A stretch of DNA of 64,000 nucleotides from contig CM060733.1 in the NCBI GenBank assembly GCA_030704615.1, forward strand, positions 15,252,001 to 15,316,000, given 5' to 3'. A program made the translations under genes and the position numbers. The notes below the pieces were generated by a model. It searched no databases. It was given only the letters and a program-made list of their open reading frames with translations, and had not been told where the DNA came from. Shown here in pieces: positions 37,014 through 50,134 of this stretch. Every line of letters starts with the position of its first letter. Positions within the stretch are counted from its first letter, which is position 1. The DNA is from Takakia lepidozioides (Eukaryota > Plantae > Bryophyta).

Positions 37014-38369
37014 GAAAACTATCATGAGTCTTTGTTCCTTGTACTGATGCTACAATTCGAGCCACACCGGGTCGAATATACATGACATTTCGGCACTAGA
37101 AGGGCTATAATTTCAAATTATCCGACAGCCTCTTTTTTGGATTTAATTATCATCGGGGACAACGTAGGCAGGGACAGTACTACAAATAATTTATTGATCA
37201 GTTAATATACATAAAAATTGGTTACTGATTTGTGAGACCTCATAAATATGGAAATGTATTTTTGTCTAATTTGACTTAATAAATATAAATGCCCACGTTC
37301 CATTTTCATTTAAAAAAATAAAAAATAGTATTATAGTATTTAACATTTAGCAAATGACGCACATGGGAAAAACAAACATATCTGGCACCAATAAAAATTC
37401 GCGGTTTCTCCGTTCAAAAGTCACTGAACGTGCCAGACTCGTTCATCAATCCATCGTTTCTTGTGCACCTTCTTTTCAGCCAATCAACAAATGTATTCTT
37501 CTATTTGGTCGTGGACATTTTGAGGGCTCAAAGCAATGAAAGAATGGATGTCGGATGGTACGTTTCATTTTTGCATCAAAGGACATTCTTAACTTGTCTT
37601 AGTGTTGGCATCATGGTTGGTTTTTTCCAGTACTATTGTCAATTACACAAAGTCACATACATGCATAAAACACTCGTGCCGGTTTGGTACCACAATGCTC
37701 AACCACACAGCGGCTCCTACACTCACATTAATGTAATAAATCAACTGGATCTGGGACCCCTCTTATATGACTCAGAGTTCCTCAGTCTTCACACAATGGT
37801 TGACCCCACCTACAAAGGTCGATCAATAAAAATAATAGTGACTGAATCTACCTCGTCCTCGTCCTCCTTAGAGGAAGTATTGTACTCAGTAGGTCCACTC
37901 GGGAACTCTGGACGTTGGTATCATGTGAGCACAACGTGAGCATGCTCACATGAGCACGGCGTGAGCACAACCCGCGGTCATAGGGATTAAATATTTTCAA
38001 ACCGCGGTCATAGGAATTACATGCTAACAGGAATAGTGCATATGAGTACCTTTAAATTTAATTTCTCAATGCAAAATTAACTTTTCTAGGGATTAAACTG
38101 CCGATACCCGGACTGAAAACCCTGATTTTTGTTTTACTGGGGTTGACCTGCAATCAATAGTCTTTATAACACCCATAGGGGCAATGAGGGCCCATGGGAG
38201 ACTTTACACCATTCACAGGAAGCTTAAAAGCTTAAAAAAAGCAGGAAACAAGAAAGTCGGGGCCCCTCTACAAGCAGCCCAAAAACCACTGTTCGGAATC
38301 GGGAGTTTCAGAAAGACTCTTTGCATGCAATGTGCCATGTGTGTGGTCACCAGCACTCTCAAAGAAGTG

Positions 38370-38489
38370 GATCCATTAAAACCATGGCAACTAAGTGTGA
38401 CTGCTGGTCTTGCTGCGTCTCGAGCTGCAATTGCATCTCATACACTCGACACTGCTATGACTAGGACTCAAGCTACTGTCCTTCCTCAG
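38370..38489 (+). pseudogene. Isolated mitochondrial-carrier-family exon fragment
   Basis: PLKPWQLSVTAGLAASRAAIASHTLDTAMTRTQATVLPQ|gtaac resembles a carrier helix plus the Px[DE]xx[KR]x[RK] signature, degenerate. Confidence 0.55.
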
Positions 38490-38519
38490 GTAACACCCGT
38501 ACATATTTCCAAGTTTTTC

Positions 38520-41500
38520 TTATAAAGAGACAGAAGCAGAGATTGCAAACTTTAGAGGCCATCTGATCACTGGTCTTAATAGTAATGGATGTGTTGGTGT
38601 TGGTTTCCGGGTGTTTTGGTGCAGCCATAATGCCCATGTCTTTGCACCAGGGCAAGGGGGGATTTGGCTGGCATTTCCTCTTGCATGCATATTTCTGTCG
38701 AGCCATCGGAGGACTCTTATTACTTCATCTGTTGAAAATAGCCCTTCTCCCCATTCTTGAGCATCTTTTGGGATAGCGTCATCCGAGGATTCCAACAGAA
38801 TATCTTGTTGAAGCAGAGGTGCACTTTTCTTCAAAATGCTCGAAAGCAACTTTGATGGTTTGGAGGCTTCACTCTCTTGTTTCCCACCATTGCGGGAATG
38901 GACCATAGACATATCTAGCTGAACTGGTTTCCACAACAACCCAGCGGAGCCTTTGCATAGTTTTAGAAGTAAATTGTCTGGTTCTGGTTTAACGTACAAT
39001 CGTAGTGCCTCTAACAAACCATCTACTGTGGATTTGGGCATCAAAGTGTAGTCCTCATTTTCTCTGAGTCTATAAAGAACCCGTACACTCATTGGAAGTC
39101 CTTCTTTATGAAGTGCCCTAGCCAACCTCTGTTCCCATTCTTCACTCCCAAACAACTCCATTGGTCCACTCATTTGCCTACAGCTTGTTTTGGGGTTTGG
39201 TATGCTCATCTGTGATTGCAGGTTTCTCCATAATCTTCTAATTCAATGCTCTGTGCTGCGTGTTAAGCCCTTTTTAATAAACAGATACTCCCTCATTATG
39301 AGATGGAAATTGTAATGGTCTTGTTTGAGTGTCTCCACTTCATACTGCTCATGTGCACTCAACTTTGTGTCTTTCTGATGCAGCATGTTTGTGAGATTTT
39401 GCAGCCTCTCCACCTCTATGGCATTGTGAACCTTGAGTTCTTTTAATGTTTTTGTATAATGCTCGGTACTTTTCCTCAGCAGTAGAGGATTCATGTTAGC
39501 AATAAAGACTCGACAGTCTGGAGCTCCACACCTACACAATTCAGCAAAATCTATGGCGTCACTGAACATTATATGTCCATCTGAAACACACTTACAATTG
39601 CGTTCATGACCTCTTACATCATCTCAAATCGAACATAATCTTTGGTGGTTGTTCTTGCTCAGCTCCATCATTTGAAGATTGGTATCAGTTTATCAAGGGC
39701 CTAGGTTGTTTAACATATATTAGACTGCATAGAGCTACCATGTAGATGATCTGATTATCGCTAGTATATCTCTTCTCCTCACAACTTACTTGTAGTCATA
39801 AGTGGTTTTACTTTCTCAAGGCCAGGGTTGCTTATATCACAACTGTACTGTCTCACACTGCTGCACCTTCCCATTATCTGCTTTCACAGCTGAACCTCAT
39901 GCAATCAAATTCACTGAGTGACTCTCTTGGTTTTACTTCTCAAGATCCAGCATAATGCAAGGCAGTTCATGTTGCCATCAGTTGATCATGCCAGTCAGTG
40001 TTGCAGTCCATCTCTGGGTTTTGCTTAAGGTTCAGAAATGATACAACATCTAGTTTTCATTTGCACACACAAGGCCCTTCATATAATTTACTACCACCCC
40101 ATGCAATCAGCCTACAGAAAGTTTCTTGCATTCAGATCTCTGCTACACACAGAATACAACTGTAATTTTTCACACTAACTCCCTTCCTAATTCAGATAGC
40201 TAAAAGTTCATACAAGATGGTGTTAGTTTCATCTCTAGGTTTTACTTACAACTTTGTACCAGGACAGTCACCAGACAAGGCACTCTTCTCATTTTCCCAT
40301 GTTCATGTTTCTTCTCTTATCCCTACCTCTAAATACCTATGTGCAAAATAAGAAAAGTAAGCATATCTAAATGCCATGCAATGCCTTACATGTCACAGTT
40401 CCAATTGGTCCTTGTGCAGACTTCATCACCAGAGACAGGTTAATATACATCAACAAGCATGCAGCCCATCAGACATGAATTCATTAATCCCCTATCCACC
40501 ATTATCTTTCCCCCTTCTTGATAGCAAGCATCCAAGTCTATCATGCTTACTCGCTACCCAACCTCACTCTAGACCAATGACAGCACGTGCACCACCTACA
40601 GTGGTACACTTGGCAAATAGGCCAGGGAGACATTTCTGGTGAAAGTGAGCCATGCTGGACGTGTAAGGTCTTGTGGTAGTGCTTTCAGCTCTGCGTACTG
40701 ACGATGACAATGAAATAAATGAAATATCTAAGTGACTGATCACTCTAGCAACCTCAAGTAAATCAATCGACTCGGCGACAATCAATTCACGTGTCGCGGC
40801 CCTTTGCCTTGAGGGCAGGGGGTCGGGACACATGAGGGGCTGCCCCTGTGGTGGGGGCAGCGGCAGCGATAGGTATAGGGGGGGGCTGAAGCACCCTTGA
40901 GTGCCCAAGGCACTCAGGGAAGCAGAGGCGCTCACTAGGTGGAGCCCCGCACACCGGGTTGCGGTGGGGGTGGCTCCACAAGGGGTGGTGGTAGCTTAGT
41001 GGGACTTAGTGGGGGTGGCATAGGACTCACCATGGGGGCGGAGACCTCGTGGTGGGAGTCGTGGGGAGTCTTGGGACTCATCACGGTCCATAGGGGCCGT
41101 GGCGAGCGGGCCAAGACTCACCGCGACTCACCACCGGGAATCGAGGGTCTTCGTGGTGGTTCGCCATAAAATGGCATGGCTGGTTGTGAAACCCCCGCGG
41201 ACAGCTACAGAAGTATATATAGGGAGTAGTAACCCCGAGAACGGTGCAAGCCCGTTGGTGACCAAAAACTAGTGAGTAAGCGAGCGAGCCGGAAAGCGAC
41301 CAAAGAGTGGGGAGCTGTTCCGGACTGCCATCTACCAAAGGGAATTCCACTAGGCCCAAATAGGTGGAGGGTCTTTCGGGAGAGCGAAGGGGGACCGTTA
41401 TGTCCCGGTGAGCAGCCGAAGCTCCAAGTTGGCCCGGCGGCCGGTTGGGAGTCAGGCGCGCGCATCAAAGCGAGTAACTATGACTTGAGGGGGAGCTTAC

Positions 41501-41671
41501 CGAAGTGAGGTGCGCGACATCACGAATGAGATCCGCCGATGTATCTCTTCTATGATAATAGCACGGCGGTAAGAATTGTGTGCAAGTGGACCTTGGGTAT
41601 GGAAGTGGCTCACTCGTCAGAGCTACCTCTTCCAAACTCGCTCTTGAGCCACGAGGTTCAACTTGGATCAT
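38520..41671 (-). pseudogene. Decayed SET/post-SET paralog interrupted by a solo LTR
   Basis: The exon starting ag|ATGGACA at 39580 encodes FAELCRCGAPDCRVFI plus a coiled coil, matching exon 3 of the 34996 gene. Upstream are SET-like remnants (SSMAHFHQKCLP; AIKKGE/IMVD, frameshifted). Confidence 0.55.
40792..41519 (+). mobile_element. Solo LTR (728 bp) with 5-bp TSD
   Basis: TGTCGCG...CGCGACA; TSD TCACG at 40787-40791 and 41520-41524; same family as the LTR at 645-1205. Confidence 0.95.
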
Positions 41672-43194
41672 GAGCCATTAGCCTCAATACGAGCTCAATA
41701 CTCCTCGGCTGATCAGGTTGCAAATGTACATCAACTTGCAAGTACGTATAGCATCATGGGGGAGAACATCACTCTGATCATACAATACTCAAAAGAGCGC
41801 TCAAAGCAAAGGGGATCCGATGGTGTAGCCATGAGCCGCATCATCTTAATGGCATCCATGGTTTAGTATATTTAACTATCAAAATATTTAACAAAACCAC
41901 TACGTACACCAGAATTACTGCGATTATAAATGTGTGGTTATTCCAAAACAATATCAAAGATCTTGTCCCATAGAACATATAAATTAATAAGCAAGAGCAA
42001 ATGTTAAAGAGAACAAAGATGAGGACAATTATCGTTCTTTCATCCCTCATGAAATAATTGGGGACATTCATAATTACTTACTCATTTCCCGGTAGATGCA
42101 TCAAATATGACAAGCCCTTGATGCACATGCCAAGGGTGACGACATAGGCCTTGTTTCCAAACCTTGATTCACTAACACTAGGCCGTTTCTTATCACTCCC
42201 TTGTGATGGAGAGGAAGCCCCGAGTTCAGACTTTACCCAGAATGATGTTGTGGAGGATTTTTCAAGCTCCATCCGCGGCCTTTACCTCTTCACCCTAGAC
42301 ATACCACCCATTTTCCCTCTTTTGCTAGTCTCTTATCTTGACGCCATTCCAAAAGTAGACACTTGCTAGACACAAAAGCATAAAGTTGAGGCAACAACCA
42401 GTTCTACTGATACATTCTTTTACGATAACATAACATCTAGCATTTGCAAGGCAAGTGCCAAGGGAATGAAAAGAATATAGAATAAAGCTGAGCTCTCTGA
42501 ATGACAACCGTGCTTTCAAGCTCCTGCTTCCTGACCCTCGGTGCAGCAGGCTTCCAAGGGAGTAAGTTAGAGCTTGCTGACTAAATTATGAGTTTCTATT
42601 CTAATGCCGTAACGCATATGAGCTTCTAAACACATATTAATCTAGACACACTATTAGTTTCTAAACACATTATCTCAGAAATAAGGTTTGAAGCGTGAAG
42701 TGCATGATAAGAGAGTTGATAGACATCACATGTCAAAGCTCGAGAGATAACAACTGAGTAACTCATGCTGGGAGCAATAGGATCAGGTGCCCAGTTATGA
42801 AGTTGGCATTGTAAATAGTTCTAAGACGGAGCTATTGGCTAATAAACTACTATTGCTTCTGTCCTCAAAAACAGGGAAAAACAGTTTTGCTCAAAAATAA
42901 GACAGAGAGGCAACGACTCCTTCAATCCAAGTGAATGTAGTCCGCCATCTCTATTTAGATCAAGGAAAGAGCGAGAAATTATTTGTCAGATGTGTCTCCA
43001 CGGCTTTGTGTTACACTTAGTGTGCACATCATAGTGGAGGCCGCTGGTAGCGGAAAGCTTTGAATATGATGACAGTGGGCGGGAGGATTTGGAAGACTCT
43101 AGAAGTATTTTCATTATTCTCATAATCCACACGTCTAACACAATTTTAAGTAATTCCGGACTTTTGGATTAATATATAACATAATTAAAATTAA

Positions 43195-43232
43195 CTAGGG
43201 CTTCGCGATGCTCCGCACTACCAGTGACGAAT
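43195..43232 (-). mobile_element. Helitron-like 3' terminus (second copy)
   Basis: Reverse complement reads attcgtcactggtagtGCGGAGCatcGCGAAGCcCTAG|t. Confidence 0.7.
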
Positions 43233-43884
43233 GATAACTGAATGCTGAATGGAGGAGAGAGATAGAACAGAAGAGTTATAAGATTTATGATTTTGACATA
43301 GCGTATATCAGAGCCGATATAATTGCTATTAGAAGGGGTGAGGGAAATAAATTCACTAAGATTCATCATCTCGAGAGAGATGGAATCGATAGAGCGGAGG
43401 GAGATAGACAAAGGGACTAGGAGAAGTTCCAAGTCCAGGGGCCTCGTCGCACATTGCGGAGCCATCCGGCCAAGTTCCTCCGTGCACTTTGTATTCTCTT
43501 TTGCTCCCCTATTTTGAAGTCAGTCATCCGGGCCCTCAGGGAGGTTGCTTGTTTTTTTTCGATTTGAAAAATAATCCTAATACTCAAAGCGACCTCTTGG
43601 GGTATTTCTTTTTCTCTTTTTTTTAAAGGAAAAGGGGAGGAAGCCCTTGGGATACTAGCTCGGAAGCTAGTTTAGCGTAGAGCAGGAATTGAGTGCCATA
43701 GTGCCACGTTTTCGTCGCCACGTTTCGTCGTCAAATTTCATCAATCTGCCCGGACTGCCCACCCGAAATAAGCCAATAGAAATTGCCGCGCCAACGTTTT
43801 CGAAACTGCCCGAAATGCCCGGATCTTGATCTTCTTGATCTGCGTTTTCCACCATCGTTCACCTTGCAAGCTGCAATGCAAGCT

Positions 43885-43978
43885 CTCAACGAATTGAGGA
43901 AATCCATGCTGAGCTGAAGACTTGCTGAAGAGATTGTCTTGGCAGATGAAGGATCAAGCAAATGATGGGGGAAGGGTG
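43885..43978 (+). pseudogene. DYW-region/PPR scrap
   Basis: gaattgaggaaatccatgctgagctga...gattgtcttggcagatgaagga matches 7444-7495, followed by a PPR piece caaatgatgggggaagggtg. Confidence 0.75.
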
Positions 43979-44998
43979 TCACTTTTTCTTAATGTACGAT
44001 CTGAAGAAGTTTGTCCATCTTGCAATGGTGGGTTCTTTGTTCCTGTCGGTACCATGATTTTGTATCTTCCTGATGTTTGCAAGGTTCTTGGGAGAGTCAG
44101 CTTGGTCTTAGCAGGCCGTGTTCAATCTCTACCTGCTCAGATGCACCGTGGTGGCTCTCACATATCAATCCGCACTAGTACAGATTATCGTTTTTATGAC
44201 TGCAAATATCACTACATTTGCAGTGATAAGTGCGATTATGACTACATCACTATGCAGTGACAAACACGAAGTCATTTTCTACCATCACTGCGGAGTGATA
44301 AGTGCGAAGTGATGGGCATCACTGCAGACGTGGCACCTGCCCAACGACTCAGAGTGACGTAGGGTGTAGTGCTGTAGTCATAATTATACGACTACAAGGC
44401 TACGTGTCATGACTACACTTATGACTACGTCACTACAGATGAGCGCCAACATGGAGAGGTCTCTCCATGACACGTGTGACCCCACGGATGTATGTGACTA
44501 CACTTATGACTATATCACTACTCACTACATCACTGAGGGTAGCATGTGGCATATTTCATGACTACAAATATGACTCCATCACTATAGCTTTGTTTTGGTT
44601 CTAGTAGGTCATCTAACACGTGTCTTTATTCAATTAGTTTATAAAACCATTAATGCTATTTTATTTATTAATTTCATGTAAATTTTATTTATTGTTTTGA
44701 TATTCAGATGTGTTTAAATATACAAAGCAATATATTTAATTGAATGAAAGAAATTCACACAAATACATAGATTGTCTCTAGAATGTCACTCATACTGCAA
44801 AAATCCAATGGGAAAAATGTTCCCATGGATGCCACAAAGGCTCTACAATCAAGAAGCTTGAAAGGCCACATGGATAAATAACCAAGCCTCAAAAGCTACA
44901 AGTCCCAAAAACCCAAGCCCACATAGGGGCAACAGTCCACTAGTACTCCTACAATTGAAGAGCTCTATTTATATATCACCACGGTGGCATATTTTCAA

Positions 44999-45238
44999 CT
45001 ACATTGCATCATGTTTCAGGAGCTTCAGGCTCCAAATTGTGGTGTTTCCTACCACCTGCCCCAACTCTCTCAGAGGAGAATTACTTATGCTCGCCTCTTT
45101 GATGGATAGAGCAGCATAATGGAGTGGCACCACAGGGTACCCGTCACCCACCATGCTCCTTTGCAGACCAACAAAAAGTCCACATCCAACCTTGGTGCGT
45201 TTGCTGTTGACATCAAGTAGCCGAACATGATCTCCCAC
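44999..45238 (-). pseudogene. Probable C-terminal remnant of the CACTA accessory protein (TnpA/Tnp1-like)
   Basis: VRLLDV...KVGCG...VPLHYAALSI...LGQVVGNTTIWS resembles the En/Spm Tnp1-type C-terminal motif. It lies inside the CACTA TIRs. Confidence 0.5.
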
Positions 45239-45461
45239 CTTGAACTGTCATCCCAACTCCCAAATACATAGAAGTATATATCAAAACTCCTTAGAAGTGC
45301 TGGACTAGCAACTAGCTACATACAATAACAGCCCAAACGCAACTACTGCTCAGGGGAATGCCTAAAGGTCAAAGCCTCGTGCAGGTAAGCTGCCAAGCAT
45401 TTCTGATCCTCATAATGCAAGACTTTAGTGACAGATTGAGTCCCACGGAATAGACCATCAG

Positions 45462-45797
45462 ATTCTACCCATGCAGGTTTCTTGTAGCTATTGATCCACA
45501 GGGAATCATAGGTAATCTTGTGCTTGAAATCTGACCCCCTTGGATGAATCTGGACCCACACTCTATCTCTGCTCCTTTAGGTATCCATGCCTATGCACAA
45601 ATGATGCATTCATCCTTGCCTTGTTGCTAGCAGCAGCCTATATTTGTTCTAGGAAACACCCAACTCAGCTTATCACACTAGTTCCTATGCTGATATTGCA
45701 TCTGCTACTCTCTGAAATGTAACAGGCATTCACCTTTTTGCCTCAGTTGTCCCATCATTGACTGGGGTCAGAAAAGTAATCATTCCACAGCTTCTTG
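45462..45797 (-). pseudogene. OSB PDF motif split by a ~180-nt intron
   Basis: KKLWNDYFSDPSQ*WDN*GKK|gtgaat...tccag|IHPRGSDFKHKITYDSLWINSYKKPAWV. Confidence 0.8.
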
Positions 45798-46405
45798 TCA
45801 TTTGCCCCTAAGTCTCCAAAGCCTCCATCCCGCGCCCTTGCTATGCATATCCTGCAATAATCACTCCACAATACCACATGTCGTTCAACCATACTGTCGA
45901 ACACTCCCTTTGTATCCTCAATGCACCCACATTTGGCATACATGTCTACCAGGGCAATGTTCAGAATGATAGGTGCAATTCCAGATTGATGATGTCACCA
46001 TGCATCTCTTTGCCAGGCTTTTCTAGGGCTGCCAGGCTTGCACAAGCATTGCAAACACACAAACGTGATCTGGTTTCACTTCACCCCTTCCCCCATCATT
46101 TGCTCATAGGTCTTGCCTCCATCTCGCGCCCCTGTTGTGCATATCCTGCAAGCATGGCATTCCATGACACCATATCTTGTTCAGCCATACTATCGAACAT
46201 TCCCTTTGCATCCTTGATGCACCCACATTTTGGATACATGTCCACTAGGGTATTTACTTCAGAATGACATCGGGTACAATCCAGCTCTGACAATGTCACT
46301 ATGGACCTCTTTGCCCTTTTCCAGGGCTTCCAGGCTTGCACATGCATTGCAAATGCACACAAACGTGATGTGGTTGGGCTTCACCCCTTCCCCCATCATT
46401 TGATC
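45798..46405 (-). pseudogene. PLS-PPR fragment (about two triplets, frameshifted)
   Basis: LVDMYPKCGCIKDAKGMFDSMAEQDMVSWNAMLAGYAQQG; MYAKCGCIEDTKGVFDSM. Confidence 0.9.
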
Positions 46406-46409
46406 CTAG

Positions 46410-46880
46410 GTCATTGGCCTATTGCATCTGCTACTCTCTGTAATCCCACAGGCATTCACCTTTTTGCCTCAATTGTCCCACCATTGATGACTGCGGTCAG
46501 AAAAGTATCCATTCCACAGCTTCTCCGAGCGTATCTGTTACCTGTTTCTGGAAATTTCCCTGTTGTCACATGTTGGCCATATCATGTCAGTCACTCCAAA
46601 CAATCAAAGGCCCACTCAACCAGCTAACTTGCAGAATTCAACACGAAAATTTAGGTACGACTTTGATAACAGGGGAAAACAGGCTAAAATGTGTTGAAGG
46701 TGCCTTCATTACCTGTGCCTTGTTCTATCAATTGTGCTGCTGCCGCTTATGTTTCCAGTTGACCATCTACCCACGCAGATTTCTTGTAGCTATTGATCCA
46801 CAGGGAATCAGAAGTAATCTTACATCTGAAACCCGGTCCTCTTGGATGAATCTGGACCTCTATCCCTAGTCTTTTAGCTA
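46410..46880 (-). pseudogene. OSB gene fragment (second half of one PDF motif, linker, first half of the next)
   Basis: IHPRGPGFRCKITSDSLWINSYKKSAWVDGQLE at 46850-46750; EKLWNGYFSDRSHQWWDN*GKK|gtgaat at 46526-46460. Confidence 0.78.
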
Positions 46881-47695
46881 TCCCTGCCTGACAGTCCTTC
46901 AGCTCATACTGACAGCGTGAAGTTCTTCCAGCAAATACCCCAACCCTAATGATGAGAGGGCAAAACAGACTGCCAAAAGGCTGAAGAAGGTGTGCTCACC
47001 ACATTGTCCTTGACCTTGTGTCAAGGAATAAACCACAATCAGTCTCTTAAACACAGTGCTAAAAGCTGAAGGGCCTAAGCACACTCCTAACACAACCATA
47101 ACAATCAAAAACCCGCACTTCTCTATTCAATCAATCTCAGTTCATCGATTTCTTGAAAGTCAGCTATTATACTTAGCAACACATCTGTCCTAACTTCAAC
47201 CTATCCTTGTTAAAGCAAAACTGCATATGCCTCAGTGCATTGTTGCTCTTGACTTGTCATTTGGGCAGTAAAATGACATCGACTGCACTATATCCCTAGC
47301 ATCATAACGTATATTTCTCATACACAAATATTCACAACCAAAACCCTACACCATTAACAACAACATGATGCATCTTATTCCAAAGATTTGTGCAATACAT
47401 GTCAAGGAGCACTGTGCGCTGGAAGCAAAAATGTCTCACCGAAAGGGCCACGACATTGACGATGAGGAACATTGCTATAGAACAAGGTATGATCATTATC
47501 TCGCATGGTACTGATAAATTCAACCCTCTGTTTGGCACTTGCTGCCAGTCTCTTCTTCCATATCCTCCAATCCTGTAGTCAGTAAAGTCTGTCCATTAGT
47601 AGTGGTCACACCCACAAATAGCAAGAAACTGAAGTTGAAATGGATGATATCTTCCCCACTGTGCCTTGTAAGTGCTTTGAATAAACACAAATGAC

Positions 47696-47900
47696 AGGGA
47701 ATCATAAGTAATCTTGTGCTTGAAATCTGGCCCTTTTGGATGAATCTGGACCCACTCTCTATCCCTGCTCCTTCAGCTATCTCTGCCTCTGCACAAATCA
47801 TGCACACATCCTTGTCTTGCTCCTAGCAGCTGACAATGACAGCCTAGATTTGTTCCAGCAAACACCCTAACCCTACTTATCATACTAGTTCATATGTTGA
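47696..47900 (-). pseudogene. OSB intron plus PDF exon fragment
   Basis: gggtccag|IHPKGPDFKHKITYDSL, then truncated. Confidence 0.75.
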
Positions 47901-48029
47901 CTTGCGCTTCCAACAGGCCTTCACTTTTTTGCACCAAAGAGCTAACTTGCAGAATTCAACCTGAAAATTTAGGGACGACTCTGATAACAGGGAAAACAGG
48001 CTGAAAATGTGTTGAAGAAGGTGCTCGTA

Positions 48030-49037
48030 GGTCTTTTAAGCCTCCATCCCGCGCCCTTGTTGTGCATATCCTGCAATCATCGTACTCCACGACACCACAT
48101 CTTGTTTAGCCATACTATTGAACACTCCCTTTGCATCCTCGATGCACCCACATTTTGCATACATGTCCACGAGAGTACTGTTCAGAATGACATCGGGTAC
48201 GATTCCAGCTTTGACAAGTCACCATGGATCTCTTTGCCCTTTTCCAGGGTTGCCAGGCTTGCACATGCATTGCAAATGCCATCAAACGTGATGTGGTCGG
48301 GCTTCACCCCTTCCGCCATCATTTGATCATAGGTCTCCAAAGCCTCCTTCCCGCGGCCTTGCTGTGCATACCCCGCAAGCATCGTGTTCCACGACAACAC
48401 ATCTCGTTCAGCCATACTGTTGAAAACTCCCTTCGCATCCTCGATGCACCCACATTTCGCATACATGTCCACGAGTGTATTGTTCAGAATGATGTCGGGT
48501 ACAATTCCAGCTCTGATGATGTCACCTTTGCTTTTCCAGGGTTGCCAGGCTCGTACACTCATTGCATATACAAACGAACGTGACCGGGTCTGGCTTTACC
48601 CCTTCCCGCATCGTTTGTTCATATGTCTCCAATGCCTCCATCCCGCATCCATGCTAGGGATTATCCAACGATCATCACACTCCAGGACACGACATTTCGT
48701 TCAGCCATATTCTCAAACACTCCATTTGTATCCTCAATACTGCCACATTTGGCATACATGTCCCCGAGGATATTGTCCAGAATGACATTGGGTACAATTC
48801 CATTTTTGACAATGGCACCATGGATCTTTTACCCATTTCCAAGGCTGCCAGGCCTACACACGCATTGCCGGCTTCACCCCTTCCCGCATTATTTGCTCAT
48901 ACGTCTCCGAAGCCTCTATACCACGCCCCTGATGTGTATATCCTCGCCCTTCCTGCATCATTTGCTCAAGAATAGGTCTCAAAGCCTCTATCCCACGCCC
49001 CTGTATTGCATATCATGCGATCATGGCATTCCATGAC
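48030..49037 (-). pseudogene. PLS-PPR fragments
   Basis: GIVPDIILNNTLVDMYAKCGCIEDAKGVFNSMAERDVLSWNTMLAGYAQQG...; multiple indels. Confidence 0.9.
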
Positions 49038-50134
49038 ACAAGTTGTCGCTGCTTCGGCTCGATACTAAGAAAATAAAACTGATCGTAGCACGGGAGACAA
49101 AAGGAGGCTAAGTCCCAGCCCTCTGTTCACGGCTGAACGAGGGCAACCCTAAAAAATCTTTTTGAATTTTTTAACTTTTTGCACTTTGTGTCATCCCAAT
49201 GACACAAGTGCTTTATTAAAGATAGATGGATGAGGTCATCCAATGGATGAACCCATTCAGTATATGCCTTAAGATGCCACGTGTAGTGATGTCGTCATAT
49301 AAACAGAGCTGTGAAACTCATGTAGTTATGTAGTCATAAGCTTCTATGGCATATCATCAATGTGTAGTAATGGTGTAGTCATTTAGTCATAAGCTTATGT
49401 AGCACTTGTTGACGTGTAGTAGTGCATATGACTATTAGTCATATAAACCAAGCCTCTGTTCTTGGTCAACAATGTTTGACCATGGCTCCTAGTCATGTAG
49501 TAATATGTATGACTTCATTAGATTAAAATATATTAAATTTCGTCCAACAATGGGTTTCGTCACTCTGTAGTCACATATATAGTCATGATAACCGAGGTTT
49601 ATATCACCCGTAGTCATAAAAACGTTAATATGTACTAGTGCCGACATTACCCGACTACAGACACAAACAACACACACAAGAGGTCCTTTTGGGTTGATGG
49701 TCGGTCAAATCTTCCGTAGGTCATGACACAAGGTCAAGGACAGTCTGGTGAGGGTTCCTTTTTCTTCGACCTATTTCAGCCTGTTTTGCCCTCTCATCAG
49801 ACTCGGCCCTGAGATGCATTTGTTAGTACCATGATTTGGTGTTCTTCCTGATGTTTACTGCAAGGTTCTAGGGAGAGTTAGCTTGGGTGTTTCAATCTAT
49901 GCCTGCTCAGATGCACCGTGGTGGTTCTCACAGACCAATCCGACCTGACTACACACACAAGCAGCACACACAAGAGGTCCTTTTGGGTTAATGGTCGGTC
50001 ATATTCTCCATGGATCATGACACAAGGTCAAGGATAATGTGGCGAGGGGACCTTCTTCTTTGACCTATTTCAGCCTGTTTTGCCCTCTCATCAGACTCGG
50101 TCCTGAGATGCATATTGAATTCTGTAAGTTAGGT

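Larger units (their letters stand above)
44173..49640 (-). mobile_element. Pack-CACTA element (5468 bp) carrying PPR and OSB gene fragments
   Basis: TIRs CACTAGTACAGATTATCGTTTTTATGACT / CACTAGTACATATTAACGTTTTTATGACT (reverse complement). TSD CCG at 44170-44172 and 49641-49643. ATGACTAC subterminal arrays at both ends. The flanks rejoin into the sequence seen uninterrupted at 3510-3680 (-). Confidence 0.93.
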
